Shown piece after piece: positions 50,582 to 60,228 of a DNA stretch of 64,000 nt (position 1 is the first letter of the stretch; each line of letters starts with the position of its first letter). The DNA comes from an uncultured delta proteobacterium. GTDB lineage: Bacteria > Myxococcota_A > Polyangia > Fen-1088. The notes beneath the pieces are model-generated. The model was not told the DNA's origin. It ran no database searches and was given only the letters and a program-made list of their open reading frames with translations. The stretch spans positions 992,001 through 1,056,000 of the forward strand of contig CAVYGB010000002.1 in NCBI GenBank assembly GCA_963767925.1, written 5' to 3'. A program made the translations under genes and the position numbers.

Positions 50582-52395
50582 TTCGACTGCTCCTCGATGA
50601 TCTGTTTCAGGTGGTCGGGCATGGGCACCAGGGGGTCGCGCCGGAGCTGCATCGTCCCGTCGGGCGCCTTCCAGACCACGCTGTTGTATTTGCCCTTGGC
50701 GTCGTCCTTGGCCGGGAAGTCGTCGCGGAAGTGGCCGCCCCGGCTCTCCCGGCGCTCGATGGCCGCCCGGGCGATGGCCTCGGACACGGTGAGCAGGCTG
50801 TGCAGGTCGAGGGCCGTCGACCAGCCCGGGTTGTACTCCCGGTTGCCGACCACCCCCACCTTGACCGCCCGGGCCTGCAGCTTCTGCACGACCTTCACCG
50901 CCTCCAGCAGCTCGGCCTCGAGCCGCACGATGCCCACCAGGGCCTGCATCGACTCTTGCAGCTCGAACTGGATCTGGAAGGGGCCGCTGGCGTCGGCCGG
51001 CCGATCGAAGGGGCCCAGCGACCACTTGACCGCCGCGTCCACCTGCCTGGCGTCGAGGGCGGGGGGCTTCTCCTTCTTGGCGTACTGGGCGGCGTATTCA
51101 CCCGCCCGCTTGCCGAACACGATCAGGTCGGACAGGGAGTTGCCGCCCAGCCGGTTGGCGCCGTTGATGCCCGAGGCGCACTCGCCCGCCGCGAACAGGC
51201 CGGGCACCTTCGACATCTGGGTGTCGGCGTCGACCCGCACGCCCCCCATGACGTAGTGGGTGGTGGGGCCCACCTCCATCGGGGTGGTGGTGATGTCGAG
51301 GTCCGCCAGCTTCTTGAACTGGTGGTACATCGAGGGAAGCTTCTTCCTGATGTGCTCGGTGGCGCTCGGCAGCTTCTCCTTGATCCAGGCGATGTCGAGG
51401 AAGACGCCGCCGTGGGGGCTGCCCCGCCCCGCCTTGACCTCCCGGTTGATACAACGGGCGACGTGGTCCCGGGTCAGCAGCTCGGGCGGGCGGCGCGCGT
51501 TCTTGTCCCCCTGGGTGTAGCGCCAGCCCTCGTCGGGGCTGTCTGCCGTCTGGTTCTTGTAGTTGTCGGGGATGTCGTCGAACATGAAGCGCTTGCGCTC
51601 GTTGTTGAGCAGCACGCCCCCCTCGCCCCGCACCCCCTCGGTCACGAGGATGCCCTTCACCGACGGCGGCCAGACCATGCCGGTGGGGTGAAACTGGATG
51701 AACTCCATGTCCTGCAGCTCGGCCCCGGCGTCGTAGGCCAGGGTGTGGCCGTCGCCGGTGCACTCCCAGCTATTGGAGGTGACCTGGAAGGCCCGGCCCA
51801 GGCCGCCGTTGGCCAGCACCACCGCGGTGGCGTGGAACGCGACGAACTGCCCCCGGTCGCGGGTGTAGCCGACCGCGCCGGCGATGCGATCGCCGTCCTT
51901 GATCAGCCGCACGATGGTGACCTCCATGTGCACCTGCATGCCCTGGTGGATGCCGTGGTCCTGCAGGGTGCGGATCAGCTCGAGGCCGGTGCGATCGCCG
52001 ACGTGGGCCAGCCGCGGGTAGCGGTGGCCCCCGAAGTTCCGCTGCAAGATGCGCCCGTCCTTGGTCCGGTCGAAGGCGGCGCCCCAGGCCTCCAGCTCCT
52101 TGACCCGGTCGGGGGCCTCCTGGGCGTGGATCTCGGCCATGCGCCAGTTGTTGATGTACTGGCCGCCCCGCATGGTGTCGGCGAAGTGCACCTTCCAGCT
52201 ATCCCGCTCGTCGACGTTGGCCATCGCCGCCGCCATCCCGCCCTCGGCCATCACGGTGTGGGCCTTGCCCAGCAGCGACTTGCACACCAGCCCCACCTTG
52301 CAGCCAGCCGCGGAGGCCTCGATGGCCGCGCGCAAGCCGGCCCCGCCGGCGCCGATGACCAGCACGTCGTACTGGTGGGTCTCGAGCTCGGCCAT
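50578..52395 (-). CDS. sdhA: Succinate dehydrogenase/fumarate reductase flavoprotein subunit
   Basis: IGAGGAG, AHTVMAEGG, QFHPTG, TEGVRGEGG, HYVMGG, GANRLGGNSL and ESRGGH. Confidence 0.96.
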   Translation of the reverse strand: MAELETHQYDVLVIGAGGAGLRAAIEASAAGCKVGLVCKSLLGKAHTVMAEGGMAAAMANVDERDSWKVHFADTMRGGQYINNWRMAEIHAQEAPDRVKELEAWGAAFDRTKDGRILQRNFGGHRYPRLAHVGDRTGLELIRTLQDHGIHQGMQVHMEVTIVRLIKDGDRIAGAVGYTRDRGQFVAFHATAVVLANGGLGRAFQVTSNSWECTGDGHTLAYDAGAELQDMEFIQFHPTGMVWPPSVKGILVTEGVRGEGGVLLNNERKRFMFDDIPDNYKNQTADSPDEGWRYTQGDKNARRPPELLTRDHVARCINREVKAGRGSPHGGVFLDIAWIKEKLPSATEHIRKKLPSMYHQFKKLADLDITTTPMEVGPTTHYVMGGVRVDADTQMSKVPGLFAAGECASGINGANRLGGNSLSDLIVFGKRAGEYAAQYAKKEKPPALDARQVDAAVKWSLGPFDRPADASGPFQIQFELQESMQALVGIVRLEAELLEAVKVVQKLQARAVKVGVVGNREYNPGWSTALDLHSLLTVSEAIARAAIERRESRGGHFRDDFPAKDDAKGKYNSVVWKAPDGTMQLRRDPLVPMPDHLKQIIEEQSK

Positions 52396-53204
52396 CAGAG
52401 CAGCCTCCAGTCGGTGATGATCCCCGCCGAGCAGAGGCGGATGTAAAGGTCGGTCGAGCACATGGTGTAGAGCGAGAACCAGGCCCACATGCCGTGGCGC
52501 CGGTTGATGCAGGTGACGCAGTCCCAGGCCTTCTTGCGCATCGGCGAGCGGGAGAAGATGTCGAGCACCCCGCCCACCAGGTGGCGGAAGGAGTGGCAGG
52601 AGAAGGTGTAGAGAGCCACGAACACGACGTTGACCGCCATGATGATCGTGCCGAGCCCGATCCCGAAGCGGGTCTCGCTGGCCCCCGGGCTGACCGGGAA
52701 CTGCGTCGCCAGGACCACGTCGTAGGTCAGGAACACCACCAGCGCGATGCCGAAGTAGAGGAAGTAGCGGTGGATGTTCATCACCACCAGGGGCACCTTG
52801 TGCTCGCCCCGGTAGCCGTGGATCGGCTCACCGACCGCGCAGGCCGGCGGATCCAAAAACAGCGCCTTGTAGTAGGCCCCGCGGTAGTAGTAGCAGGTCA
52901 GCCGGAAACCCGCGGGAAACACGGCGATGAACACGCCCGGGATGAGCGGCAGCCCCGACGGCCACCAGGACGGCTTGTCCGCCCCGAAGATGGCGTGGGG
53001 CCCCTCCCCGTAAAACAGCGGCGAGGCCAGCGGGGTCAGATACGGCTCGGCCCAGTAGTGGGTCGGCCAGAAGATCATGATGCCGAGGTAACTGAAGCCG
53101 ATGAGAAAGAAGATCGACCAGATCAGCGGATGCAACCACCAGGCATCCTTGCGCGAGGTCTGGCCAAACCGGATGCGATCGAGGGGAACGTCGAGCTCGG
53201 GCAT
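52395..53204 (-). CDS. Succinate dehydrogenase membrane anchor, Sdh1 (Rv0249c-like) type
   Basis: FRLTCYYYRGAYY, PPACAV, NIHRYF, SCHSFRH and HGMWAW; first gene of the operon. Confidence 0.85.
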   Translation of the reverse strand: MPELDVPLDRIRFGQTSRKDAWWLHPLIWSIFFLIGFSYLGIMIFWPTHYWAEPYLTPLASPLFYGEGPHAIFGADKPSWWPSGLPLIPGVFIAVFPAGFRLTCYYYRGAYYKALFLDPPACAVGEPIHGYRGEHKVPLVVMNIHRYFLYFGIALVVFLTYDVVLATQFPVSPGASETRFGIGLGTIIMAVNVVFVALYTFSCHSFRHLVGGVLDIFSRSPMRKKAWDCVTCINRRHGMWAWFSLYTMCSTDLYIRLCSAGIITDWRLL

Positions 53205-53500
53205 GGCGCGCGCAAGAATAGACAAGTCCCCCCAACTGTAAAGCCCCGCCCACCCCACCCCGAACCCACCCTCCCCGTCGCCACCCCACCCCACCACCAC
53301 CCCCTCACCCCCCCACCCCCCCCAACGCGCCGCACCCCCGCGCAACATCCGCACGCCCACGCCCAGCAAGAGGACGCCTCAGCCAAGTCGCCCGCCCCTC
53401 ACCCGTCGCGCAGACGCGCCGACCTCTCCCCACGGCAGACCGCGGGGAGAGGTGATGATCCCGCGCCTGTTCGCCTGGGTGGACGCTCGCTCGCTCAACC

Positions 53501-53806
53501 CCTCTCACTCGAGACGGCGGTCAGCGGAGCGGAGCTTCAGCCCGGAATCCGCTCGACCGCCCCTCCCTCTCGGCTCGACCCGCCCCTACCTCTCACTCGA
53601 GACGGCGGTCAGCGGAGCGGAGCTTCGGCCCGGAATCCGCTCGACCGCCCCTCCCTCTCGGCTCGACCCGCCCCTACCTCTCACTCGAGACGGGGTCAGC
53701 GGAGCGGAGCTTCAGCCCGGAATCCGCTCGACCGCCCCTCCCTCGGCTCGACCCGCCCCTACCTCTCACTCGAGACGGCGGTCAGCGGAGCGGAGCTTCG
53801 GCCCGG
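53501..53806. repeat. Tandem array of an 85-88-bp unit (about 3.5 copies)
   Basis: CCTCTCACTCGAGACGG starts at 53501, 53589, 53677 and 53762; units are near-identical with no unique spacers. Confidence 0.92.
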
Positions 53807-53865
53807 AGTCCGGCTCGACTGCCGCATCCCTCTCGCCCGACCAAGACGGCGGTGAGCGGAGCGGA

Positions 53866-54033
53866 AGGGAGAGAAGGATCGGTCTGGGGCCGAGTGGAGG
53901 CGCGCAGCTCGCGTCTGCGCGAGCTTGCCAGCGCCGACGAACCGGGGCCCCCAAGCCGGTCTGCCGGCTTGGGGTGGAGCCAGCGCGAAGCGCGTAAGGC
54001 CCGGCGAGGACCCAGGCCAATCCTTCTCTCCCT
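53866..54033. other. Structured element of about 170 nt (terminal inverted repeat plus three inner hairpins); MITE/REP mosaic or ncRNA
   Basis: AGGGAGAGAAGGAT (53866) pairs with ATCCTTCTCTCCCT (54020); hairpins at 53906-53925, 53949-53974 and 53983-53993. Confidence 0.6.
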
Positions 54034-54037
54034 GGAG

Positions 54038-54293
54038 CGCAGCGGGCCCCCCAGGCAGCAGCCCCCCCAGGCAGCAGCCCCCCACCCCAAGCAGCGGGCC
54101 CCCCAGGCAGCGGCCCCCCCAGGCAGCAGCCCCACAAGCAGCGGGCCCCACAAGCAGCGGGCCCCCCAGGCAGCGCTCCCCTCAGGCAGCAGCCCCCCAA
54201 GCAGCGGGCCCCCCAAGCAGCAGGCCCCCCAAGCAGCGGGCCCCCCAAGCAGCAGGCCCACAAGCAGCAGGCCCACAAGCAGCGGGCGCCCCA
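54038..54293. repeat. Mosaic short tandem repeat GCAGC(GG/A)GCCCC(CC)A(A/G)
   Basis: Roughly 15 variable units of 14-20 bp between the structured element and the HDOD gene stop. Confidence 0.85.
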
Positions 54294-54319
54294 GGACCGG
54301 ACGGGCCGGATCGAGCGCC

Positions 54320-55222
54320 TTACACTTCGAGCTCAGCGAGCACGTTGCGCGCCTCCGCCTCGACGACCTGCAACTGCGCCGGCGAAAGCTCCAAAGCCCG
54401 ATAAGCCAACTTCAACCGCTGCCGATCCACCGGATCCCACCCCGCCGCCGCCAGCGGCTGCGGCGCCCCCAACGACAGCGCCAGATGCTCCGCCACATGA
54501 ATGACCGCCGCCAGCGGATGCACGTCCGTAGAGCTGTCCAGCCGATGATGCAGCGTGATCCCCGCCTGCAAATCTTCGGGCAAGTTCCACAGCCGCGCCA
54601 CCAACCCCGACAGCTCCTCGTGCACCGCCGCCACCGCCCGGATCTCCCGCTCGGTCAGCAACGGCGCCGCCGGCTGCTCCGCCAGCACCAGCAGAGCCGC
54701 CGCCAGCCCGATGTCGTGCACCAGCCCCGCGAGGAAGGCGTAGTCGACCGGCACCGGCGTGAACAGCGCCGCCGTCCGCGCCAGGTAGGCCGTCACGGTG
54801 CTGTGCTTGCGGAGCTGCTCGAGCGTGCGCCGGTGCTGCGAGCTGCGGAACACCCCCAGGTCGAGCGCCGCCCGCCACACCAGCTCGGTCACCGACTTGA
54901 GCCCCAGCCGCCCCACCGCCTCGCGGATCGACCGGATCGGGGTCGACCGGGCATAGGCCGGCGCCCGCGCCAGCCGCAACACGCGCGCCGTCAGCAGGGC
55001 ATCCTGCTCGAGGACCGCGGCCACCCCCGCGAAGGTCACGTTGGGCGACTTCGCGATCCGCTGCACCTCGAGCGCCACCGCTGGCAACATCGGCGGGGTA
55101 TAGTCGGGGGCCCGGAAGCGGGTCCGGATCTGCTCGGCCAGGCTCGCCACCTGATCCCCCGGGATCAGGCTCGGCAGGCTCCGGATGTCGAATCCTAGCG
55201 GCGGGGTGGTGCTTCGTTCCAT
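54320..55222 (-). CDS. Stand-alone HDOD-domain protein
   Basis: PMLPAVA, EQDALLTARVLRLA, SIREAVGRLG, AFLAGLVHDIG and WNLPE...HH. Confidence 0.92.
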   Translation of the reverse strand: MERSTTPPLGFDIRSLPSLIPGDQVASLAEQIRTRFRAPDYTPPMLPAVALEVQRIAKSPNVTFAGVAAVLEQDALLTARVLRLARAPAYARSTPIRSIREAVGRLGLKSVTELVWRAALDLGVFRSSQHRRTLEQLRKHSTVTAYLARTAALFTPVPVDYAFLAGLVHDIGLAAALLVLAEQPAAPLLTEREIRAVAAVHEELSGLVARLWNLPEDLQAGITLHHRLDSSTDVHPLAAVIHVAEHLALSLGAPQPLAAAGWDPVDRQRLKLAYRALELSPAQLQVVEAEARNVLAELEV

Positions 55223-55315
55223 TCCAAGGGTTTTCCCGGATTGATTCGGGAACAACCATCGGACGCCCCAGGATTTTCCTGAATCCCCCCTGACCGGACG
55301 CAGGGAGGTCGCGCG

Positions 55316-55645
55316 TCAGACGCCGGGCCGGGGCGGAGGCGAGGCGGCGCGGGCCTCCCGCGACTCGAGCGCGGCGACCTGATCTTCCAGGGTCTGGATC
55401 GTGGAGCGGAGGTTGGCGACCTCCTCCTGGGTGGCGATGCCGAACGCGCCGGCCGCCAGGCGGGTGGCCTTGTCGAGGTTCGCCTTCACGGCGCCACCGA
55501 AGCTCATCGCCTTCATGGCAGCGTTCATCAACCGCGGATCGCTGACCAGGCGGGTGACGCGCGGGCTGGAGGCGAGCTTCATCGCCTGCCCAAGCGCCGC
55601 ATCCTTGAGGGTGTGGAAGAACGCCATCGTCGTTTGTTGTGCCAT
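55316..55645 (-). CDS. Small hypothetical protein (phasin-like, C-terminal coiled coil)
   Basis: GIATQEEV..L...I..LE motif. Confidence 0.6.
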   Translation of the reverse strand: MAQQTTMAFFHTLKDAALGQAMKLASSPRVTRLVSDPRLMNAAMKAMSFGGAVKANLDKATRLAAGAFGIATQEEVANLRSTIQTLEDQVAALESREARAASPPPRPGV

Positions 55646-55734
55646 GTGCCATGGGCGGCGGCAAGGAGAACCCGGGCTGCGGAGGACGGGCGCACCTGCG
55701 GGCACGGTGTGGTCTTTGGTGTAGTCTTTGGCCC

Positions 55735-56304
55735 GTGAGCGTCGCGGAGCACAAGCGGCACGCCCCCTCGCCCGCGAAGGTGCGGGTCGCGGTGGTGACC
55801 GTCTCGGACACGCGCACGGAGGAGACCGACGAGGGTGGCCGCCTGATCCGGGAGCTCTGCAGCGCCGCCGGCTTTCCGGTCGTCTCGAAGGTGATCCTCC
55901 GCGACGAGCCCGCCGAGGTCGCCGCCCACGTGCGCGGCCTGGTCCCCGCTGCCAGCGCCGCCGCCCACACCGCCACCGAGGCCGGCTACGACGCCGGCGC
56001 CGAGGCCATCTTGCTCACCGGCGGCACTGGCCTCTCCCGGCGCGACAGCACGGTGGAGGCCCTGCAGAGCACCTTTCACAAGACCCTCGACGGCTTCGGC
56101 GAGCTGTTTCGCATGCTCTCGTTCCAGGAGCTGGGGCCGGCCGCCATGCTCTCGCGGGCCACCGCCGGGACCATCGGGGCCTGCGTCGTGTTCCTGATGC
56201 CCGGCGCGCCCGCCGCCGTCCGCCTGGCGATGGAGCGCCTCATCTTGCCCGAGCTGGCCCACATCAGCAGCGAGCTGCACCGCCATGGTGGCAAGCACAG
56301 ATAG
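55735..56304 (+). CDS. moaB: Molybdenum cofactor biosynthesis protein MoaB/MogA family
   Basis: VVTVSDTRT..TD.GG, LTGGTG..RD.T, GFGELFR and AMLSRA. Confidence 0.9.
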   Translation: MSVAEHKRHAPSPAKVRVAVVTVSDTRTEETDEGGRLIRELCSAAGFPVVSKVILRDEPAEVAAHVRGLVPAASAAAHTATEAGYDAGAEAILLTGGTGLSRRDSTVEALQSTFHKTLDGFGELFRMLSFQELGPAAMLSRATAGTIGACVVFLMPGAPAAVRLAMERLILPELAHISSELHRHGGKHR

Positions 56305-57325
56305 CCCCGCCCCCGAGGCGCCGCTCCACGACCGGCAGAACCGGCTGGTGGAATACCTGCGCGTGTCGGTCACCGATCGCTGCAACTTCCGCTGCACCTA
56401 CTGCCTGCCCGAGGACGGCATCGACCACGTCGACCGGGCCGACATCCTCTCGTTCGAGGAGATCGCCGCCCTGGTCGGCTGCTTCGTGCAGATCGGGGTG
56501 CGGCGGGTGCGCCTGACCGGCGGCGAGCCCACCGTGCGCCGGGACCTGGTCCAGCTCGTCGCCATGTTGCGGGCCATCCCCGGCCTGCGCGACATCGCCC
56601 TGTCGACGAACGGCCACCTGCTGCCCGAGCTGGCCGCCCCCCTGCGGGCGGCCGGCGTCGACCGCCTCAACATCAGCCTCGACACCCTCGACCCCGGCAA
56701 GTTCGCCTCGATCACCCGCCGGGGCGACCTCGATCGGGTGCTGGCCGGGGTGGAGGCGGCGCGCGCGGCCGGCTATCCGTCGATCAAGCTCAACGCCGTC
56801 GCGATCAAGGGCTTCAACGACGGGGAGATAGGGTCCCTCTGCCAGTACGCCTGGACCCGCGGCCTGGTCCCCCGCTTCATCGAGCAGATGCCGATGGCCG
56901 GCGGGGCCCTCTACGTGCCCGGGTCGTTGCTCGCGGCGGCGGAGATCCGGGCCGCCTGCGAGGCGGCCTTCGCGGGCCACCTGGTCCCCTATCAGGGCAG
57001 CGCCGGCGGCGCCGGCCCCGCCCGCTACTGGTCGCTCGAGGACGGCGGCCCGGCCGACAGCCCCCGCCTGCTCGGCATCATCTCCCCGATGACCGAGCAC
57101 TTCTGCGACACCTGCAACCGCGTGCGCCTGTCGGCCGCCGGGGCCCTGCACACCTGCCTGGCCTACGACGACGCCATCGACCTGCGCTCCACCTTGCACC
57201 GCGACGGCCCCGCGGCGGTCATCGGGAGCATCCGCCACGCTCTCGGCGAAAAGCGCGACGGCCACACCTTCCAGCTCATCGGGCTGGGTGGCCCCCGCAA
57301 GGCGATGATTCAGATCGGCGGCTGA
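56285..57325 (+). CDS. moaA: GTP 3',8-cyclase
   Basis: YLRVSVTDRCNFRCTYC, FCDTCNRVRL and C-terminal MIQIGG. Confidence 0.97.
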   Translation: MVASTDSPAPEAPLHDRQNRLVEYLRVSVTDRCNFRCTYCLPEDGIDHVDRADILSFEEIAALVGCFVQIGVRRVRLTGGEPTVRRDLVQLVAMLRAIPGLRDIALSTNGHLLPELAAPLRAAGVDRLNISLDTLDPGKFASITRRGDLDRVLAGVEAARAAGYPSIKLNAVAIKGFNDGEIGSLCQYAWTRGLVPRFIEQMPMAGGALYVPGSLLAAAEIRAACEAAFAGHLVPYQGSAGGAGPARYWSLEDGGPADSPRLLGIISPMTEHFCDTCNRVRLSAAGALHTCLAYDDAIDLRSTLHRDGPAAVIGSIRHALGEKRDGHTFQLIGLGGPRKAMIQIGG

Positions 57326-57331
57326 CGAGCG

Positions 57332-57976
<645 letters not shown>

Positions 57977-58104
57977 GTCTCCTCCTCACCGACCACCATC
58001 ACCGCCAGGGATGACGGGTGCACCGCCGTCGGGGCTTTCCCTCGGTCGTACCCCGGCTCATCGGCAGGCCCCCGAGAAAGTTCACGGCGCCGCTCAAGCG
58101 CCGG

Positions 58105-59508
58105 TCAGCTCTCGGGAAAGAGGGCCGAGCGGAAGATGCCGGCGGGATCGAAGCGCTTCTTGGCCCGCACCCAGGCCTCGTGGCGGTCGCCGTGGTGCTG
58201 CCGCCAGTCGTCGTCGTTCATCCGCCCCAGCCAGCCCGAGGGATAACGCTTGCCGCCCGCGGCGCGCAGGCTGTGGTCGATCTGACGAAAGGTCTGCAAG
58301 ATCACGTCCCGGTCGGGCTCGGCCACCCCGGTGGGCAAGATGGCCAGGCAGACGACGTCGTTGGCCGGGGGCATCGCGAAGAACAGGGGCGCGCCCTGCC
58401 GCGACACCCAGACCGCGCGGTGACCGTCGCCCAGCGAGAGCGGCAGGGCGTCGAGGAGCTCGGGCAGCAGCTCGGCGATCCGGCTGGCCGGCACCAGGCA
58501 CTCGAGCCAGGGGTGGAGCTGGTTCCAGGCCCCCGAGCGCCGCATGCCCTCGAAGCGGGGCTGGTAGCGCTCGAGGTGGGTGACGACGTCGTCGTCCTGC
58601 ACGTGCACCACCTTCCAGGGATCCAGCCCGGCCAGCGCCTGCTCGGCCTCGGGCGGCTGGTCCTGGTATTCGATCCCCACCTGCAGGCCGTACAGCCAGT
58701 GGGAAAACGGGCGCCGCCCCATGTGATCCGAGCGGGTCCCCTTGGCGCTCGACCAGGTGAAGCCCTCGAGGTGATCGGCCCGCCCCGGCTTCACCAGCTC
58801 GCGCTGGTCGGCCAGCCAGCCGGCCAGCTCGGCGTAGAGCAGGTGAAACGTGCGCACCCGCTGCGGCGCCGGCCGCAGCGCCAGCCGGGCCTGGCACAGC
58901 ACCCCGCAGCGGCCCAGCCCGGCCAGCACCGCCTGGTAGAGGTCGGTGCTGGTCATCGGATCGCAGCGGACCGGCCCGTCGGACGCGGTGGCCACCTGCA
59001 GCTCGATGACGTGGGCGGCGGCGGGGCCCTGGCGGTGCGAGTTCGAGCCGATCCCGCCCGCCGAGAGCAGCCCCCCCACCGACATGTCGAGGTTGAGCGG
59101 CAGCACCGTCGGCAGCAGCCCGCGCGGCAAGGTGGCCGCCACCAGCTCGCGCCAGCGGGTGCCGGCCTCGCAGCGCACGCTCTTGCGGGCCACGTCGACC
59201 GCCTCGATGCGGTCGAGGCGGGTGCAGTCGAGGGTCACGCCCCCGGGCGACAGCGACTGCCCCGACTGGCTGTAGCCGCGGCCCCGCGGCGTGAGGGGCA
59301 ACTGCCGGGCGGCGGCGAAGGCCACCACCCGCTCGAGCTCGCCGGTGTCGCGGGGGGTGACCACCCCCCAGGGGTCGCCGTGCTCGATGCGGCCGAAGTC
59401 GACCCCCGCGTGCTGGCGGCTCTCGGGATCGCGGCGGACGAAGATGCCCTGGTCGGCGGCGAGCGTCCCCGCGTCCGCCGCCGACCATCCTCCTGGCAAG
59501 GGGGCCAT
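58105..59508 (-). CDS. FAD-binding oxidoreductase, cytokinin-dehydrogenase-like (VAO/PCMH family)
   Basis: DFGRI...P.GVV.P, RGRGYSQSGQS, SVGGLLSAGGIG, AVLAGLG.CG, HPWL and KKRFDP. Confidence 0.88.
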   Translation of the reverse strand: MAPLPGGWSAADAGTLAADQGIFVRRDPESRQHAGVDFGRIEHGDPWGVVTPRDTGELERVVAFAAARQLPLTPRGRGYSQSGQSLSPGGVTLDCTRLDRIEAVDVARKSVRCEAGTRWRELVAATLPRGLLPTVLPLNLDMSVGGLLSAGGIGSNSHRQGPAAAHVIELQVATASDGPVRCDPMTSTDLYQAVLAGLGRCGVLCQARLALRPAPQRVRTFHLLYAELAGWLADQRELVKPGRADHLEGFTWSSAKGTRSDHMGRRPFSHWLYGLQVGIEYQDQPPEAEQALAGLDPWKVVHVQDDDVVTHLERYQPRFEGMRRSGAWNQLHPWLECLVPASRIAELLPELLDALPLSLGDGHRAVWVSRQGAPLFFAMPPANDVVCLAILPTGVAEPDRDVILQTFRQIDHSLRAAGGKRYPSGWLGRMNDDDWRQHHGDRHEAWVRAKKRFDPAGIFRSALFPES

Positions 59509-59517
59509 GGCAGCCGA

Positions 59518-60228
59518 TCAGCTCGCGGCCGCGAGCTGCGGCGGGGCGGAGCGCTCGGCGTAGACCGCCGGCAGCAGGTCGTTGGCCACGAAGGACTCGA
59601 ACATGCCGCGGAAGGCGGCGTAGCAGCGGTCGACGAGGGCCTCGGCCTGCCGGCGCAGCTCCGGTTCGAGCACCATGGCGTCGATCTTGGCGGCGATCTG
59701 CCGCTCGAACACCTCGTGGTTCTTCTCCACCTCGAGGTGGGAGAACGAGAAGTACTTGAGGGCGCTGGTCTGACCGGCGCTGTCGACCACCTTGGCCACC
59801 CGCTCGAAGAACACGTGACCGGCCGACTCCAGCGTCATCAGCAGCACCAGGCGCAGCCGATCGTCGCTGGCCCGGAACACCTCCGCCATGAGGGCGTGGG
59901 CGGCGTCGCGGGTGGGGGCGTGGCGCTTGCCGAACAGCCCGCGCACGTCCTGCTGGCCCGCGCCCATGACGACCAGGTCGTCGAGGAACCACTGCTCGTG
60001 GCCGGCGTCCTCGACCCGGTGGTGCTTGACGATCCGACGCAGCTCCGGGTCGGTGGTGAAGCGCTCGTTCAGGCGCAAGATGTCCTGGAACACCATCACC
60101 CAGAAGGTAAGGTCGGGCGCGAAGCCGAGGGCGTGCTGCAACGGCAGGCTCGACTCGAGCCGGGCGAAGAACCCGTGGCGCGCGAACTCGGCCTGCTTGG
60201 TCGCGATGTATTCCTGGATGGCTCTCAT
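59518..60228 (-). CDS. Heme-oxygenase-like diiron oxidase (HDO), AetD/SktA-like
   Basis: H..EDAGH..WFLDDL, LESAG.VFF and Y...HLEVEKNH give an ExxH / E / HxxxExxH ligand set; 236 aa, predicted all-helical. Confidence 0.8.
   Translation of the reverse strand: MRAIQEYIATKQAEFARHGFFARLESSLPLQHALGFAPDLTFWVMVFQDILRLNERFTTDPELRRIVKHHRVEDAGHEQWFLDDLVVMGAGQQDVRGLFGKRHAPTRDAAHALMAEVFRASDDRLRLVLLMTLESAGHVFFERVAKVVDSAGQTSALKYFSFSHLEVEKNHEVFERQIAAKIDAMVLEPELRRQAEALVDRCYAAFRGMFESFVANDLLPAVYAERSAPPQLAAAS

Noticed and set aside
53501..53806. CRISPR array
   Set aside because: Units are near-identical along their whole length with no unique spacers, and there are no cas genes in the window.
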